A DNA stretch of 32,000 bases from Crocosphaera subtropica ATCC 51142 (GCF_000017845.1 NC_010546.1:1290001-1322000), one strand, 5' to 3'; positions 1-8,440 are shown, counted from the stretch's first letter. Numbers and translations are program-made. The notes: a model not told the origin generated them from the letters alone.

Positions 1-783
1 AAACTGTTCACCAATGCGAATCACTCCGTTACTAACTAAACTTTGAAGGAGGGAAAATAAGCTAACAGATATCAAAGCACCGATCCAAATATCACTCCAT
101 TTGACTTTAGTTGCTGGTAGGGTTTTATAGAGGAGCATCACCACAGATGTTAAGAGAAAAAAGGTAACACCCAGTTGTAAACTATTCCATAAAAATGCTT
201 CATCAACTCGAAACCAAGTGATGACTTGTTCTACATTTTTAATAATTTTTAAAAACACTTTTAAGGCAATATTAGACAGTAAGGAAACTAATAGCAAAGC
301 CGTTGAACTTAATACTAATAAAAAAGCAATAATTTGGTTTTGAATAAAGTTAATAATCGTCCAAACCCATCCACCACGGTTAGATTGACGATGATGGACT
401 TTCCATATTTTATCAACTGCACGACCCAAAGCACGAAAAATACGACTTGCGGTAACAAATAGGATAGAGAAACCAATAATTCCTGCACCTAAACTACTTT
501 CATTTAATTGGACTAAGGTACTTTCGACAATACGATAAGCTTCTATAGGTAATGCTCTTTTCGCAAAGACTAAAATCTGAGTATAAGCATTGGTGTCAGG
601 GCCTAGAATTAAACCGGTTATACTTAAAATAACCAGCAAGATAGGGAACAGGGAAAAAATAGCATAGTAGGATAATGCTGCACCCATTTCTATACAGTCA
701 TCTTCTTGCCATTTAACAACGGTGCGAGTGAATAATTGTACTATTTTTGATGATAGTATTCGGTTTTGGACAAATTCAATCAC
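1..783 (-). CDS. YihY/BrkB-family integral membrane protein (C-terminus runs off the window)
   Basis: The minus-strand frame is open from position 1 up to a GTG at 783..781, with an in-frame TAA just upstream at 795..793. The translation (M)IEFVQNRILSSKIVQLFTRTVVKWQEDDCIEMGAALSYYAIFSLFPILLVILSITG... has the AAxxYYxxFSxFP signature and several hydrophobic helices typical of YihY/BrkB (former RNase BN) proteins. It is absent from the ORF track because it is truncated. Confidence 0.75.
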   Translation of the reverse strand, partial: MIEFVQNRILSSKIVQLFTRTVVKWQEDDCIEMGAALSYYAIFSLFPILLVILSITGLILGPDTNAYTQILVFAKRALPIEAYRIVESTLVQLNESSLGAGIIGFSILFVTASRIFRALGRAVDKIWKVHHRQSNRGGWVWTIINFIQNQIIAFLLVLSSTALLLVSLLSNIALKVFLKIIKNVEQVITWFRVDEAFLWNSLQLGVTFFLLTSVVMLLYKTLPATKVKWSDIWIGALISVSLFSLLQSLVSNGVIRIGEQF

Positions 784-832
784 GGTTATATATTAAAGAT
801 TTATAATGATAAATAATTACATTCTAATACTA

Positions 833-864
833 ATTTTGTAATCTATGTACATAGATTACAAAAT
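833..864. repeat. 32-bp perfect palindrome ATTTTGTAATCTATGT|ACATAGATTACAAAAT in the divergent yihY/usp intergenic region
   Basis: Read directly from the sequence. Both 16-nt arms are exact reverse complements with no spacer, and extension fails at 832/865. Confidence 0.95.
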
Positions 865-1085
865 AAAATAATTTGTTCCTGTTTACAATTTAATTCGATG
901 TTAAATTTCCTAGTCTTTCTCTATATCCTGATGACTTAAACTTAAATATAACATTATTATTTTTCTTGAGTTTTTCAATGTATTTCTCTATAATAATAAT
1001 AAGTTATAAGAGTTTTCACTAATGATGAAAAATTGTGTTATTCTGCAAACTAGATTAGTTTTGTTATTTGAATTAGGAGCTCAAA

Positions 1086-1550
1086 ATGTACAATAAAATC
1101 CTAGTTGCTGTTGATAATTCTGCCATAGCTGAACAAGTGATTGAAGTTGCTCTGACTTTAGCTAAAGCAGTGGATGGAAAATTAATGTTACTCCATGCCT
1201 TATCCCAAAATGCTGAAGATAGTCCTCTTAGTTTTGCGCCTTATGCCAGCAGTTATAGCATTGATTTAATTGAGAAATTTAAAGAAGATTGGAAACAGTA
1301 TCAACAAGAAAGTTTACAGAAGTTGGAAGCTTGGAAACAAAAAGCTAAAGATATGAATATTCAGGTAGAATTGCGCCAAGAAAATGGTAATCCTGCTCCC
1401 ATTATTTGTCGTATTGCTAAGGAATGGCAGGCTGAATTAATTGTCATAGGACGTAGGGGACATTCTATGGCTAGTGAGATTTTATTAGGAAGTGTCAGTA
1501 GTTATGTTATTCATCGTTCTCATTGTTCGGTTCACATTGTACAATCTTAA
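1086..1550 (+). CDS. universal stress protein (UspA family)
   Basis: N-terminal ILVAVDNS and the C-terminal ATP-binding-type motif GRRGHSMASEILLGSVSSYV (G-2x-G-9x-G-S). AGGAG lies 6 nt upstream of the ATG. Confidence 0.85.
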   Translation: MYNKILVAVDNSAIAEQVIEVALTLAKAVDGKLMLLHALSQNAEDSPLSFAPYASSYSIDLIEKFKEDWKQYQQESLQKLEAWKQKAKDMNIQVELRQENGNPAPIICRIAKEWQAELIVIGRRGHSMASEILLGSVSSYVIHRSHCSVHIVQS

Positions 1551-1686
1551 TTTTTCCAAGTTCTCTGTTCTTCTAATATTACTTTTGCTGCAATTATAGT
1601 CGTTCAGGGTTTAGCTGGAAGAGAAATAGGGTTTAAGTTTGAAAATAGAAAACATAAACCCAAACAGAAACTTGAAAATTTCATCA

Positions 1687-2625
1687 TTATTTGTCACTCA
1701 ATATACTCAATTGTTTAACATCTTCATCCCTTAGTAACCAACCCATAGCACCAGCATTGTCTTGCGCTTGTTTCGCATTTTTTGCCCCAGGAATAGGAAT
1801 AACATTACCTTGGGCTATTAACCAATTCAGGGCAACTTGGGCAGGGGTTTTCTCATATTTTTCTCCCAGATGTTTTAACTGATTAATAACGGGTTCAATG
1901 TTCTTTAAACCAGAAGCCGAAAATTTCGGATCGAGTTTTCTAGCCCCTGTAACCTCCCGTTTTTCTGGGGTATATTTTCCGGTTAATAATCCTTGATCTA
2001 GAGGACTATAAGCTAAAATAGTTATTCCTAATTCACGGGCTTTATCTAAGATACCATTGTGTTCAATGGTTCGGGTTAAAAGGGAATAACGCACTTGATT
2101 AACAGCCAAAGGAACATCATATTTTGCTAAATAATCATAAGCTTGTTGCATCTGTATGGCAGAATAATTACTGACACCAACCGTTAAAATACGACCTTTT
2201 TTCACTTCCGTTGCTAACGCTTTCATGAGGGTATCTTGACCCATAAAAAAGTCAAACGGCGTATGCACTTGATATAATGCAATTTGTTCAACTCCCAATC
2301 TATCCAAACTAGCGGTTAACGCATCCGCCACCGCATCCTCATTAAACCGCCAGGGTAAGGGAAAATATTTGGTCGCAATTTGTACTGGTTGGCTGGTTTG
2401 TTTGAGAAATTTACCGATGAGTTTCTCTGATCCCCCTAACCCATATACTTCTGCTGTGTCAAAAAAGGTTGCACCAGCGGTTACTGCTGCGTCAAAGGCT
2501 TCTTGTACCTCTTTTTCTCCATAGTTAGAACCGTAACCCCAAAATAAACTATCACCCCAAGCCCAAGTACCGATACCCAAGGTAGGAAGATGAATGTTTC
2601 TGACGGATAGTTGATTACTTTGCAT
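1687..2625 (-). CDS. aldo/keto reductase family oxidoreductase
   Basis: Motifs LGIGTWAWGD, FFDTAEVYG, QIALYQVH and GVSNY, with a length of 312 aa typical of the AKR (beta/alpha)8 family. Confidence 0.9.
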   Translation of the reverse strand: MQSNQLSVRNIHLPTLGIGTWAWGDSLFWGYGSNYGEKEVQEAFDAAVTAGATFFDTAEVYGLGGSEKLIGKFLKQTSQPVQIATKYFPLPWRFNEDAVADALTASLDRLGVEQIALYQVHTPFDFFMGQDTLMKALATEVKKGRILTVGVSNYSAIQMQQAYDYLAKYDVPLAVNQVRYSLLTRTIEHNGILDKARELGITILAYSPLDQGLLTGKYTPEKREVTGARKLDPKFSASGLKNIEPVINQLKHLGEKYEKTPAQVALNWLIAQGNVIPIPGAKNAKQAQDNAGAMGWLLRDEDVKQLSILSDK

Positions 2626-2758
2626 TGATAGCCTGTGAATCGTTCTTTACATTACTTTACTTTAACAATGAATCGTAGATAAGTAGTCACACAAAATTCA
2701 TTACCTAATTTCATAAGACAGGAGATAATTTAAAATGTGTCAATCATACCGACAGTTT

Positions 2759-4537
2759 CTAAATAGCGATACTTTGGGGAATACGAGAAGGTTGTAAATA
2801 AACATAAGGGGTTTTGCCTTCTTTTTTCAGTTTTTGGTTCCGTTCTTTTAACTGAGATTCAATTTCTTTTAAGCGTTGCTTAAAGTTCTTAAAGACTTGT
2901 TGATCGGATTCGTGTTGAAAGGGATTATCTAGAGTTAAAAGGCTCTTACTGGTAATAGGCGGAAGGATAGTTAACACTTTAACTAAGACAATCTGTTTAA
3001 TGGTCTGTTTTCGTCCTGGCAACCATTTTAAAAGTATTTTTTCTCGTTCTTCTTCACTTTCAACGGTATAAAGAGAAGAGAAAGGTTCGTACAAGGCAAA
3101 GGGCATATTTGCCACCCATGCACCGTAATCGTACTGTCCGAAGTTAACAGCAGCGTGTTGAGTGGTGGCAAGGAAAATCATAGTTGTGACAATTTCAATT
3201 AGATCATCAATATTATTTAACTTTCCAGTGAGTTGAGAAGCTTTTTCTGGGGGTAGTAAACCCTTAATCGTTCCTGCGTCGGGAGAAATTAATTCATTTT
3301 TCCAAGCTTGCAATTTTCCGTCATTTTCTACTGCTTGATTGTCTGGATAGTGATTTTTAATGACATCATTAACATACTTTTTTGTTGCATTCCAAATCAA
3401 AAGAGCATCATCTTTATAATAATAATTAGGTAGGTCTTGAACATCACGAAAGTTTAAACTATAAGGTAAGGCTTTTTTATAAAATTCCCAAGGTTCACCT
3501 TTATAGCTAGTAACTAACCCTTCACCCCAGTAAGCTCGACTTAATAATTCATTGGAGCTAGTATAACCTAAAGCTCCTGTTGAATCAAAAAATCCCCCTC
3601 GTCCTAAGAAAGTTGAACGAGCCATATAATTAATAGCAAAAGTATTAAAAAAGTGAGGTTTTAAGAGTTGATAAAGGATATGATCAGAGGGTAAAGTTCG
3701 ATAGGTACTTACTGCACAAACTTCAATCACTAAATGGGTATCGAGTAAATGAGCAATAATCCCTTGATAGGCAATATCCGTAGCTGAGACAGCTAATTTA
3801 GCTGCTTTCCATTCAGTTTTAGATGATTTAGGGGTAAAAATTTCAGGATAGGGATCAATGCCTGAGTTATAATTTTGTTTGACTTTAATAGCAACAGGCA
3901 GTAATTGATCTTGATCATTGAGATAAAATAAACACAGAGGAGAAGCACTATAACGCCCTAATTGGTCCTCTTGAGTTTCATCAATAATATTATCAAAAAT
4001 TTCGTAATCAACAATATATAATTTACCCTTATCTAAGGCTGATTTTAAAGAAAAATTATCCCCTAAATAGGATTTTAAATGGTCTTCGGTAACAGGAAAC
4101 TTACTACCGACTCCGATATCTTCTTCTTTACATTTTCTCATCAAAACTGGATTAAGACCTTGCAAAAATTGCCGTCCAAACTCCACATCTTCCTGCCAAA
4201 GCTCAGCGATTAAAGGTTTTGGTAAGAATGGCCACTTGAAAAATTGGAATAAATCTGTTACTTTTTCCCAGTTATCTGTCGGAGCTAAAACGACTCCTAA
4301 GCCTAAATCAGCTACCCCCTTAAGTTCCACTTTTGTTCTGCTTAAATAAGCTAAAACATGCAACAGTTGAGTAATAATTAAAATTAAAGCAGACTTCAGA
4401 GCAGTGAAATCGAACCACAAAATCTTGAACCCATTGAATCCTTCCCCTCTAGGGAGTCCAACTAAATACGGAGGTGCGCCTGGATAACGTTCTTTTGGAC
4501 TAACCCATTGAAAAACATCTTGAGGATTACTCGACAT
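2759..4537 (-). CDS. lipoxygenase, short form without an N-terminal PLAT/beta-barrel domain (mini-LOX type)
   Basis: Iron-ligand motifs HLLDTH (H-x4-H) and HAAVN (H-x3-N), with a C-terminal isoleucine (...PQSIAI*). The FGRQFLQGLNP motif sits only ~120 aa from the N-terminus. The total is 592 aa. Confidence 0.9.
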   Translation of the reverse strand: MSSNPQDVFQWVSPKERYPGAPPYLVGLPRGEGFNGFKILWFDFTALKSALILIITQLLHVLAYLSRTKVELKGVADLGLGVVLAPTDNWEKVTDLFQFFKWPFLPKPLIAELWQEDVEFGRQFLQGLNPVLMRKCKEEDIGVGSKFPVTEDHLKSYLGDNFSLKSALDKGKLYIVDYEIFDNIIDETQEDQLGRYSASPLCLFYLNDQDQLLPVAIKVKQNYNSGIDPYPEIFTPKSSKTEWKAAKLAVSATDIAYQGIIAHLLDTHLVIEVCAVSTYRTLPSDHILYQLLKPHFFNTFAINYMARSTFLGRGGFFDSTGALGYTSSNELLSRAYWGEGLVTSYKGEPWEFYKKALPYSLNFRDVQDLPNYYYKDDALLIWNATKKYVNDVIKNHYPDNQAVENDGKLQAWKNELISPDAGTIKGLLPPEKASQLTGKLNNIDDLIEIVTTMIFLATTQHAAVNFGQYDYGAWVANMPFALYEPFSSLYTVESEEEREKILLKWLPGRKQTIKQIVLVKVLTILPPITSKSLLTLDNPFQHESDQQVFKNFKQRLKEIESQLKERNQKLKKEGKTPYVYLQPSRIPQSIAI

Positions 4538-4891
4538 GATCTTGATGACTCCTTGTAGCGGAAATTAAGACAGATACAATTACTCATATCTTGCACCTTC
4601 GATTAAATTAGCTAGTTTATCAGCCATCAGTAATCAGCTATATTTTTATAATACTGAACGCTGAACGCTTTTTTGAACGCTGAGTGCTAAGTGCGGACTC
4701 CTTTCGTTATTAAGTTTATTTGTTCTGGTGCAAGATGTCAGTATGGGGATAAGATTGATGAATGATTTGATAATACTAGAGTTCACTGAGCTTTTTTTCA
4801 TTTGTTCGCATAACTTTAAATTATAGTCAAGGTTATATTTTATCTATCTATGGGTTAAATTAATTTTTGTTTAGTGGTTGGTCAAATCATC

Positions 4892-4925
4892 AAAAAAAGG
4901 TTGACAAAACGGTACTTTGTCAACC
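4892..4925 (-). terminator. intrinsic terminator of psaF-psaJ
   Basis: 10-bp stem GGTTGACAAA/TTTGTCAACC (4899-4908 / 4916-4925) with a 7-nt loop. On the minus strand it is followed by a T7 run (A-run 4892-4898), 44 nt downstream of the psaJ stop. Confidence 0.65.
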
Positions 4926-4968
4926 TCTAACAATTAAGAATTAATGACGTGAGTTATGAATGAATCTT

Positions 4969-5097
4969 TTATCCTAAAGGATGGAAAAGAAGATCCGGAT
5001 AGAAACGATTGAACTCAATTAAAATCCCTGCAGTAACAGTTAACAATGCCATAATTAAAACAGGGGCAGTGGATAAAAACTTTGTCAAACCTTCCAT
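4969..5097 (-). CDS. psaJ: photosystem I reaction centre subunit IX (PsaJ), 42 aa
   Basis: Hand translation gives [42 protein letters not shown], a close match to the PsaJ pattern ...[32 protein letters not shown]. It lies directly downstream of psaF. It is not in the ORF track because it is too short. Confidence 0.92.
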   Translation of the reverse strand: MEGLTKFLSTAPVLIMALLTVTAGILIEFNRFYPDLLFHPLG

Positions 5098-5152
5098 GAA
5101 TTAGTTCTCCAAACGATTAATGATCAATGAAAACAGTACAAATCGTGTTTAA

Positions 5153-5647
5153 TTAACGGGGGGATACGGGAATTTCTTCATCTTTGGCGGTTAATTTGCC
5201 AGAGGTGAATTCTCCGAAAGCTGCTAAAGGCCAAGCAAAGCCAGTTAACATTTTGCTGATGGCGAGAGGAACGTTAATAACCACCTCTTGCATTTCAGCA
5301 TCTTTCTCATCGCGAATAGCGATTAAATAAGCACGGCCAACCCAACCGATCCAACCAGCAATATAGAGAAAGAGGATACCAGGAATGGTAAAGTCTCCCA
5401 TATGGGACAAGTTACCATCTGCAATGAGATGAGGATAGCCCTCAGGACCACACAATGCTTCTGCATAACGTTCAGCCCGTTTTTGGCCAGACTGAGGATC
5501 GTTAGTGGTATTGCGGAAATTCTTAGATTTTTGCTGGTAAGCGGGGTTTTCGCTACAAGGAGTTAAATTATCATAAGCTGCTGAAGCAGTGGGGGCAAAG
5601 TTAAACCACAGGGTTGCAACGAGAATTAAAGCGAACAATCGTTTCAT
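5153..5647 (-). CDS. psaF: photosystem I reaction centre subunit III (PsaF)
   Basis: Signal peptide plus [42 protein letters not shown] and [10 protein letters not shown], the canonical cyanobacterial PsaF sequence. Confidence 0.95.
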   Translation of the reverse strand: MKRLFALILVATLWFNFAPTASAAYDNLTPCSENPAYQQKSKNFRNTTNDPQSGQKRAERYAEALCGPEGYPHLIADGNLSHMGDFTIPGILFLYIAGWIGWVGRAYLIAIRDEKDAEMQEVVINVPLAISKMLTGFAWPLAAFGEFTSGKLTAKDEEIPVSPR

Positions 5648-5840
5648 AAGAGTTGTTTCCTTTTGTTACAAAAGACTAAAGTTTGTTGTACACAAGATAG
5701 GAAAAATCAGTGGTACATCGATGATATCTTACTCTGACTGCAAAGCCTGAGTAAAGATTGTCGCCCACAAGTCATTTTATGTTGACTTAATGGTGGACTT
5801 CATCATAATAAGCCCCTTGACTCCCTAGACTAAGGATTAT

Positions 5841-5858
5841 GTTACAAATTGTTATCGG
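5841..5858 (+). promoter_or_regulatory. HLR1-like (RpaB-type) direct-repeat motif upstream of psaF
   Basis: GTTACAAA-TT-GTTATCGG compared with the HLR1 consensus (G/T)TTACA(T/A)(T/A)-NN-(G/T)TTACA(T/A)(T/A). The first half is perfect and the second half matches only 4/6 of the core. It lies ~30-50 bp upstream of a candidate -10 (TATTAT, complement of 5805-5810). Confidence 0.3.
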
Positions 5859-5871
5859 AGTGACTTGGTGA

Positions 5872-6192
5872 TTAGATTTTTTTGCTCAACAGTCTTGAAT
5901 TGCTCACTCTATACCATACCTTCCATAACAACTTTACAGTCTCGAAGACTCTTTGAGCGATCGCTAATTGAACGAGAAATTTTTGATAAAATTGTCTTAG
6001 TTGAACAGTTCCTTGTTGTCCCTTTAACATCAGATCAGGCGCAAGGGAAAACAATTCATTCATTTGTTGTTCAATGTTAGTGAGTTGATAGGTAATCTGT
6101 TTCAAAGAACCATATAATTGCCAAAGTTTTACCGCTAGATAACAATTAATACAGGTAATAACTAAGTTGAATAAAATAACAAACAATAGCAT
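5872..6192 (-). CDS. hypothetical protein with one N-terminal transmembrane helix
   Basis: 106-aa ORF with a hydrophobic N-terminus (LLFVILFNLVITCINCYLAV). An in-frame HIP1 encodes AIA. I prefer it over the overlapping + strand ORF 5865..6080. I recognise no family. Confidence 0.45.
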   Translation of the reverse strand: MLLFVILFNLVITCINCYLAVKLWQLYGSLKQITYQLTNIEQQMNELFSLAPDLMLKGQQGTVQLRQFYQKFLVQLAIAQRVFETVKLLWKVWYRVSNSRLLSKKI

Positions 6193-6225
6193 TCAATGTT
6201 ATGATTAAGAATTGTGAGAAAACAC

Positions 6226-6298
6226 GGGGAATTAGCTCAGTTGGTAGAGCGCTGCGATCGCACCGCAGAGGTCAGGGGTTCGAGTCTCCTATTCTCCA
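6226..6298 (+). tRNA. tRNA-Ala (anticodon CGC)
   Basis: 73-nt cloverleaf. The acceptor stem GGGGAAT/ATTCTCC carries the G3:U70 alanine identity pair. D arm GCTC-AGTTGGTA-GAGC. Anticodon arm CTGCG-ATCGCAC-CGCAG. T arm AGGGG-TTCGAGT-CTCCT. The discriminator is A and CCA is not encoded. Confidence 0.9.
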
Positions 6299-6300
6299 TC

Positions 6301-7701
6301 TTATTCCTGTTCTGAATGACTCTCATTCATTTCATCTGAAGGTTCTATCTCCTCTTCTAAGGGTTCAGTGACCATCGGCGGTTGTCGACTGAGATGAATT
6401 TGTCGTAAACGGGGTCCCTCAGAATCCACAATCGTAAAGGATAAATTCTCATAATTGAGGGTTTCTCCTTCAGTTGGTATTTTTTGCCATTGATATAATA
6501 AAAAGCCTCCCAAGGTTTGATATTCATCGGTCAACGGTAAATTTAATCCTAAAACATTATTTAATTCTTCAAGATTGAGTTGCGCTTCTACTAAAAAATT
6601 ATGCTCATCAATCATTTTTAGGGTGTCTTCTTCTTCAATAATGGCTTCGATATCATTGCCTAAAATTTCTCCAATCACATCTTGTAGGGTAATTAATCCC
6701 GATGTCCCTCCAAACTCATCCACCACCATCACCATTTTTAACTGCGATCGCTGCATTAGGGCTAATAACTCATCCAAGGCCATCGATTCAGAGACAAACT
6801 TAACCGGTTTGATCCAATCTTGAACCAAAGATGTTGCTGTTAACTCTCCTTGGGCTAACGGTTGGGCTAAATCTTTAAAATCAATAATCCCTAAAATATC
6901 ATCTAAGGAATCTCCTTTGATTGGATAACGAGAATGTCCCGTTTGTGTTACTTCCCTCAACAATTCTTCAAAGGTGGCTGTTTCAGCGATCGCCACTAAC
7001 TGGGTACGAGGAACCATCACTTCTACAGCTGTCACCGCACTAAATTCAAAAACATTTTTGAGTAACGCCCGTTCTTGGGCTTCTAACCCAGTGGATTCTC
7101 CTTCGGTGGCAATAATCAATTGTAATTCTTCTGGGGTGACTTGACTATAACCCCCGTTGGTATGGTAATTAATGCCAACACTCCGTAGTAAATAACGGGT
7201 CGATTGATTTAAAATCCAGATGAAGGGGTTAAACACTTGGGCAATGACCCCGATAGAAGGTCCTAAGAAACGGGCTAATTGTTCTGAATAAATCAAAGCC
7301 ACTGATTTAGGACATAATTCCCCTAACACAATTTGTAAATAAGCTAAGGCTAAAAATGCGATAGGAATGGCAATACTGTGAGATATACGGTTAGCCACAG
7401 AGGGGGATAATGGTAATTTTGACAATCCCTCCATCACCAGCTTAGCCATGGTACTTTCTCCTATCCAACCCAAAGCTAAACTCGAAAGGGTAATGCCTAA
7501 TTGGGTCGTTGATAGGAGGCGATCGAGACTACGCTGTAACGATTGTACCGTTTGGGCTTGAATATCCCCTGCTTTGACCAATTGACTGACCCGCGATCGC
7601 CTCACTGAAACCATGGCAAATTCTGCGGTTACAAAAAAGGCGTTAATGGCTATCAATAATAGAATTGATAAAGCCCGTATAAAAATATCTTGGGTGGTCA
7701 T
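6301..7701 (-). CDS. CNNM/DUF21-CBS-CorC_HlyC family membrane protein (TlyC/CorC-like putative divalent-cation transporter)
   Basis: An N-terminal 4-TM DUF21-type region (FFVTAEFAMVSVRRSR), a CBS pair (VMVPRTQLVAI... ILGIIDFKDL) and a C-terminal CorC_HlyC-like domain (GGFLLYQWQKIPTEGE). Confidence 0.85.
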   Translation of the reverse strand: MTTQDIFIRALSILLLIAINAFFVTAEFAMVSVRRSRVSQLVKAGDIQAQTVQSLQRSLDRLLSTTQLGITLSSLALGWIGESTMAKLVMEGLSKLPLSPSVANRISHSIAIPIAFLALAYLQIVLGELCPKSVALIYSEQLARFLGPSIGVIAQVFNPFIWILNQSTRYLLRSVGINYHTNGGYSQVTPEELQLIIATEGESTGLEAQERALLKNVFEFSAVTAVEVMVPRTQLVAIAETATFEELLREVTQTGHSRYPIKGDSLDDILGIIDFKDLAQPLAQGELTATSLVQDWIKPVKFVSESMALDELLALMQRSQLKMVMVVDEFGGTSGLITLQDVIGEILGNDIEAIIEEEDTLKMIDEHNFLVEAQLNLEELNNVLGLNLPLTDEYQTLGGFLLYQWQKIPTEGETLNYENLSFTIVDSEGPRLRQIHLSRQPPMVTEPLEEEIEPSDEMNESHSEQE

Positions 7702-7726
7702 ATTTAGCGTGTGACAATCACAAGGA

Positions 7727-8440
7727 TTATCGAATAACAGGAATTTGGGGGATATTAAGCTTTAGTTTTTGATCTGGATAATCCGTTAGATTTAAGGATA
7801 AACTTTGGCTATCATCCACTAAAGCACTAGGAATTTTTACCTTACCCACAAAATTCTCACTATTGGCCGGCAATTCTTCGGGAAGTCCTTCTGTGATCGC
7901 ACTCAAGGAACGACCTTGATTATCCTTTACTTCTAAAAAACTATAAAGAAATTTGACTGGGGTTGTGCCTTCATTTTGTAAATTGACTTTTAATGATAAA
8001 GTAGTCCCCTCATTGGTGGCTTCATTAATCTCTAACTTGACTCCTTGATCGGTCACTTGTAAGGGTAAATTAGCAACAGATTGAGAAGCATCCATCTCTT
8101 TGGTTGTGTCTTCCTTTGATTGACTGGTTTTGTCTTCAGTTTTACTATCTTCTTTTTCTTGCTCTTTTCCGGAGGCTGCTGCTTTATTTTTTTGATGGGT
8201 ATGGTTATAAACTTTAATTAAGATAGTTTTTTCGTCAATGGGCTTAAATTCAGTGGGTTCGGTGGATTTTTTCGCTCCCTCTGTTAATTTCTTGGTAGGG
8301 TTGTTTTCTGGTTGACTGACCCCTTTTAAAGCCTGAGTCCCTGCTTGATAAGCTAAAAAAGCACTGGCGGTTCCGGCTCCTGACATGAGTAATAATAGTA
8401 GGATGGTTAGTTTTAGGGTTGAATTAATTTTCATTGTCAT
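7727..8440 (-). CDS. secreted hypothetical protein with a low-complexity K/E/S/T linker and a C-terminal DUF4352-like beta-sandwich region
   Basis: Signal peptide MTMKINSTLKLTILLLLLMSGAGTASA. The C-terminal pattern LSLKVNLQNEGTTPVKFLYSFLEVKDNQGRSL...FVGKVKIP resembles DUF4352. It lies 25 bp upstream of the CNNM gene on the same strand. Confidence 0.55.
   Translation of the reverse strand: MTMKINSTLKLTILLLLLMSGAGTASAFLAYQAGTQALKGVSQPENNPTKKLTEGAKKSTEPTEFKPIDEKTILIKVYNHTHQKNKAAASGKEQEKEDSKTEDKTSQSKEDTTKEMDASQSVANLPLQVTDQGVKLEINEATNEGTTLSLKVNLQNEGTTPVKFLYSFLEVKDNQGRSLSAITEGLPEELPANSENFVGKVKIPSALVDDSQSLSLNLTDYPDQKLKLNIPQIPVIR

Noticed and set aside
833-864. The palindrome as an NtcA or CRP-family site
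   Set aside because: Its internal TGTA...TACA pairs are spaced N7 (TGTAATCTATGTACA), not the N8 of the NtcA consensus GTA-N8-TAC. There is no TGTGA-N6-TCACA either. I therefore left the binding partner unassigned.
1691-1882. 63-aa + strand ORF
   Set aside because: It is antisense within the aldo/keto reductase CDS.
4588-4736. 10-bp inverted repeat ATCTTGCACC / GGTGCAAGAT flanking the heptamer tract downstream of the LOX gene (MITE-like)
   Set aside because: The chance expectation for a 10-bp inverted repeat within a 430-bp gap is about 0.1, which is not negligible. I saw no target-site duplication and no second copy in the window.
5865-6080. 71-aa + strand ORF overlapping the minus-strand 106-aa ORF
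   Set aside because: Only one of the two can reasonably be real. The minus ORF is longer, has a TM helix and reads the internal HIP1 as Ala-Ile-Ala, as is usual in cyanobacterial coding DNA.
6226-6400. tRNA-Ala as an integration hotspot for a genomic island
   Set aside because: There is no integrase, I spotted no direct repeat of the tRNA 3' end elsewhere in the window, and the flanking genes look native (HIP1-containing).
6575-6823. 82-aa + strand ORF
   Set aside because: It is antisense within the CNNM/CBS gene.
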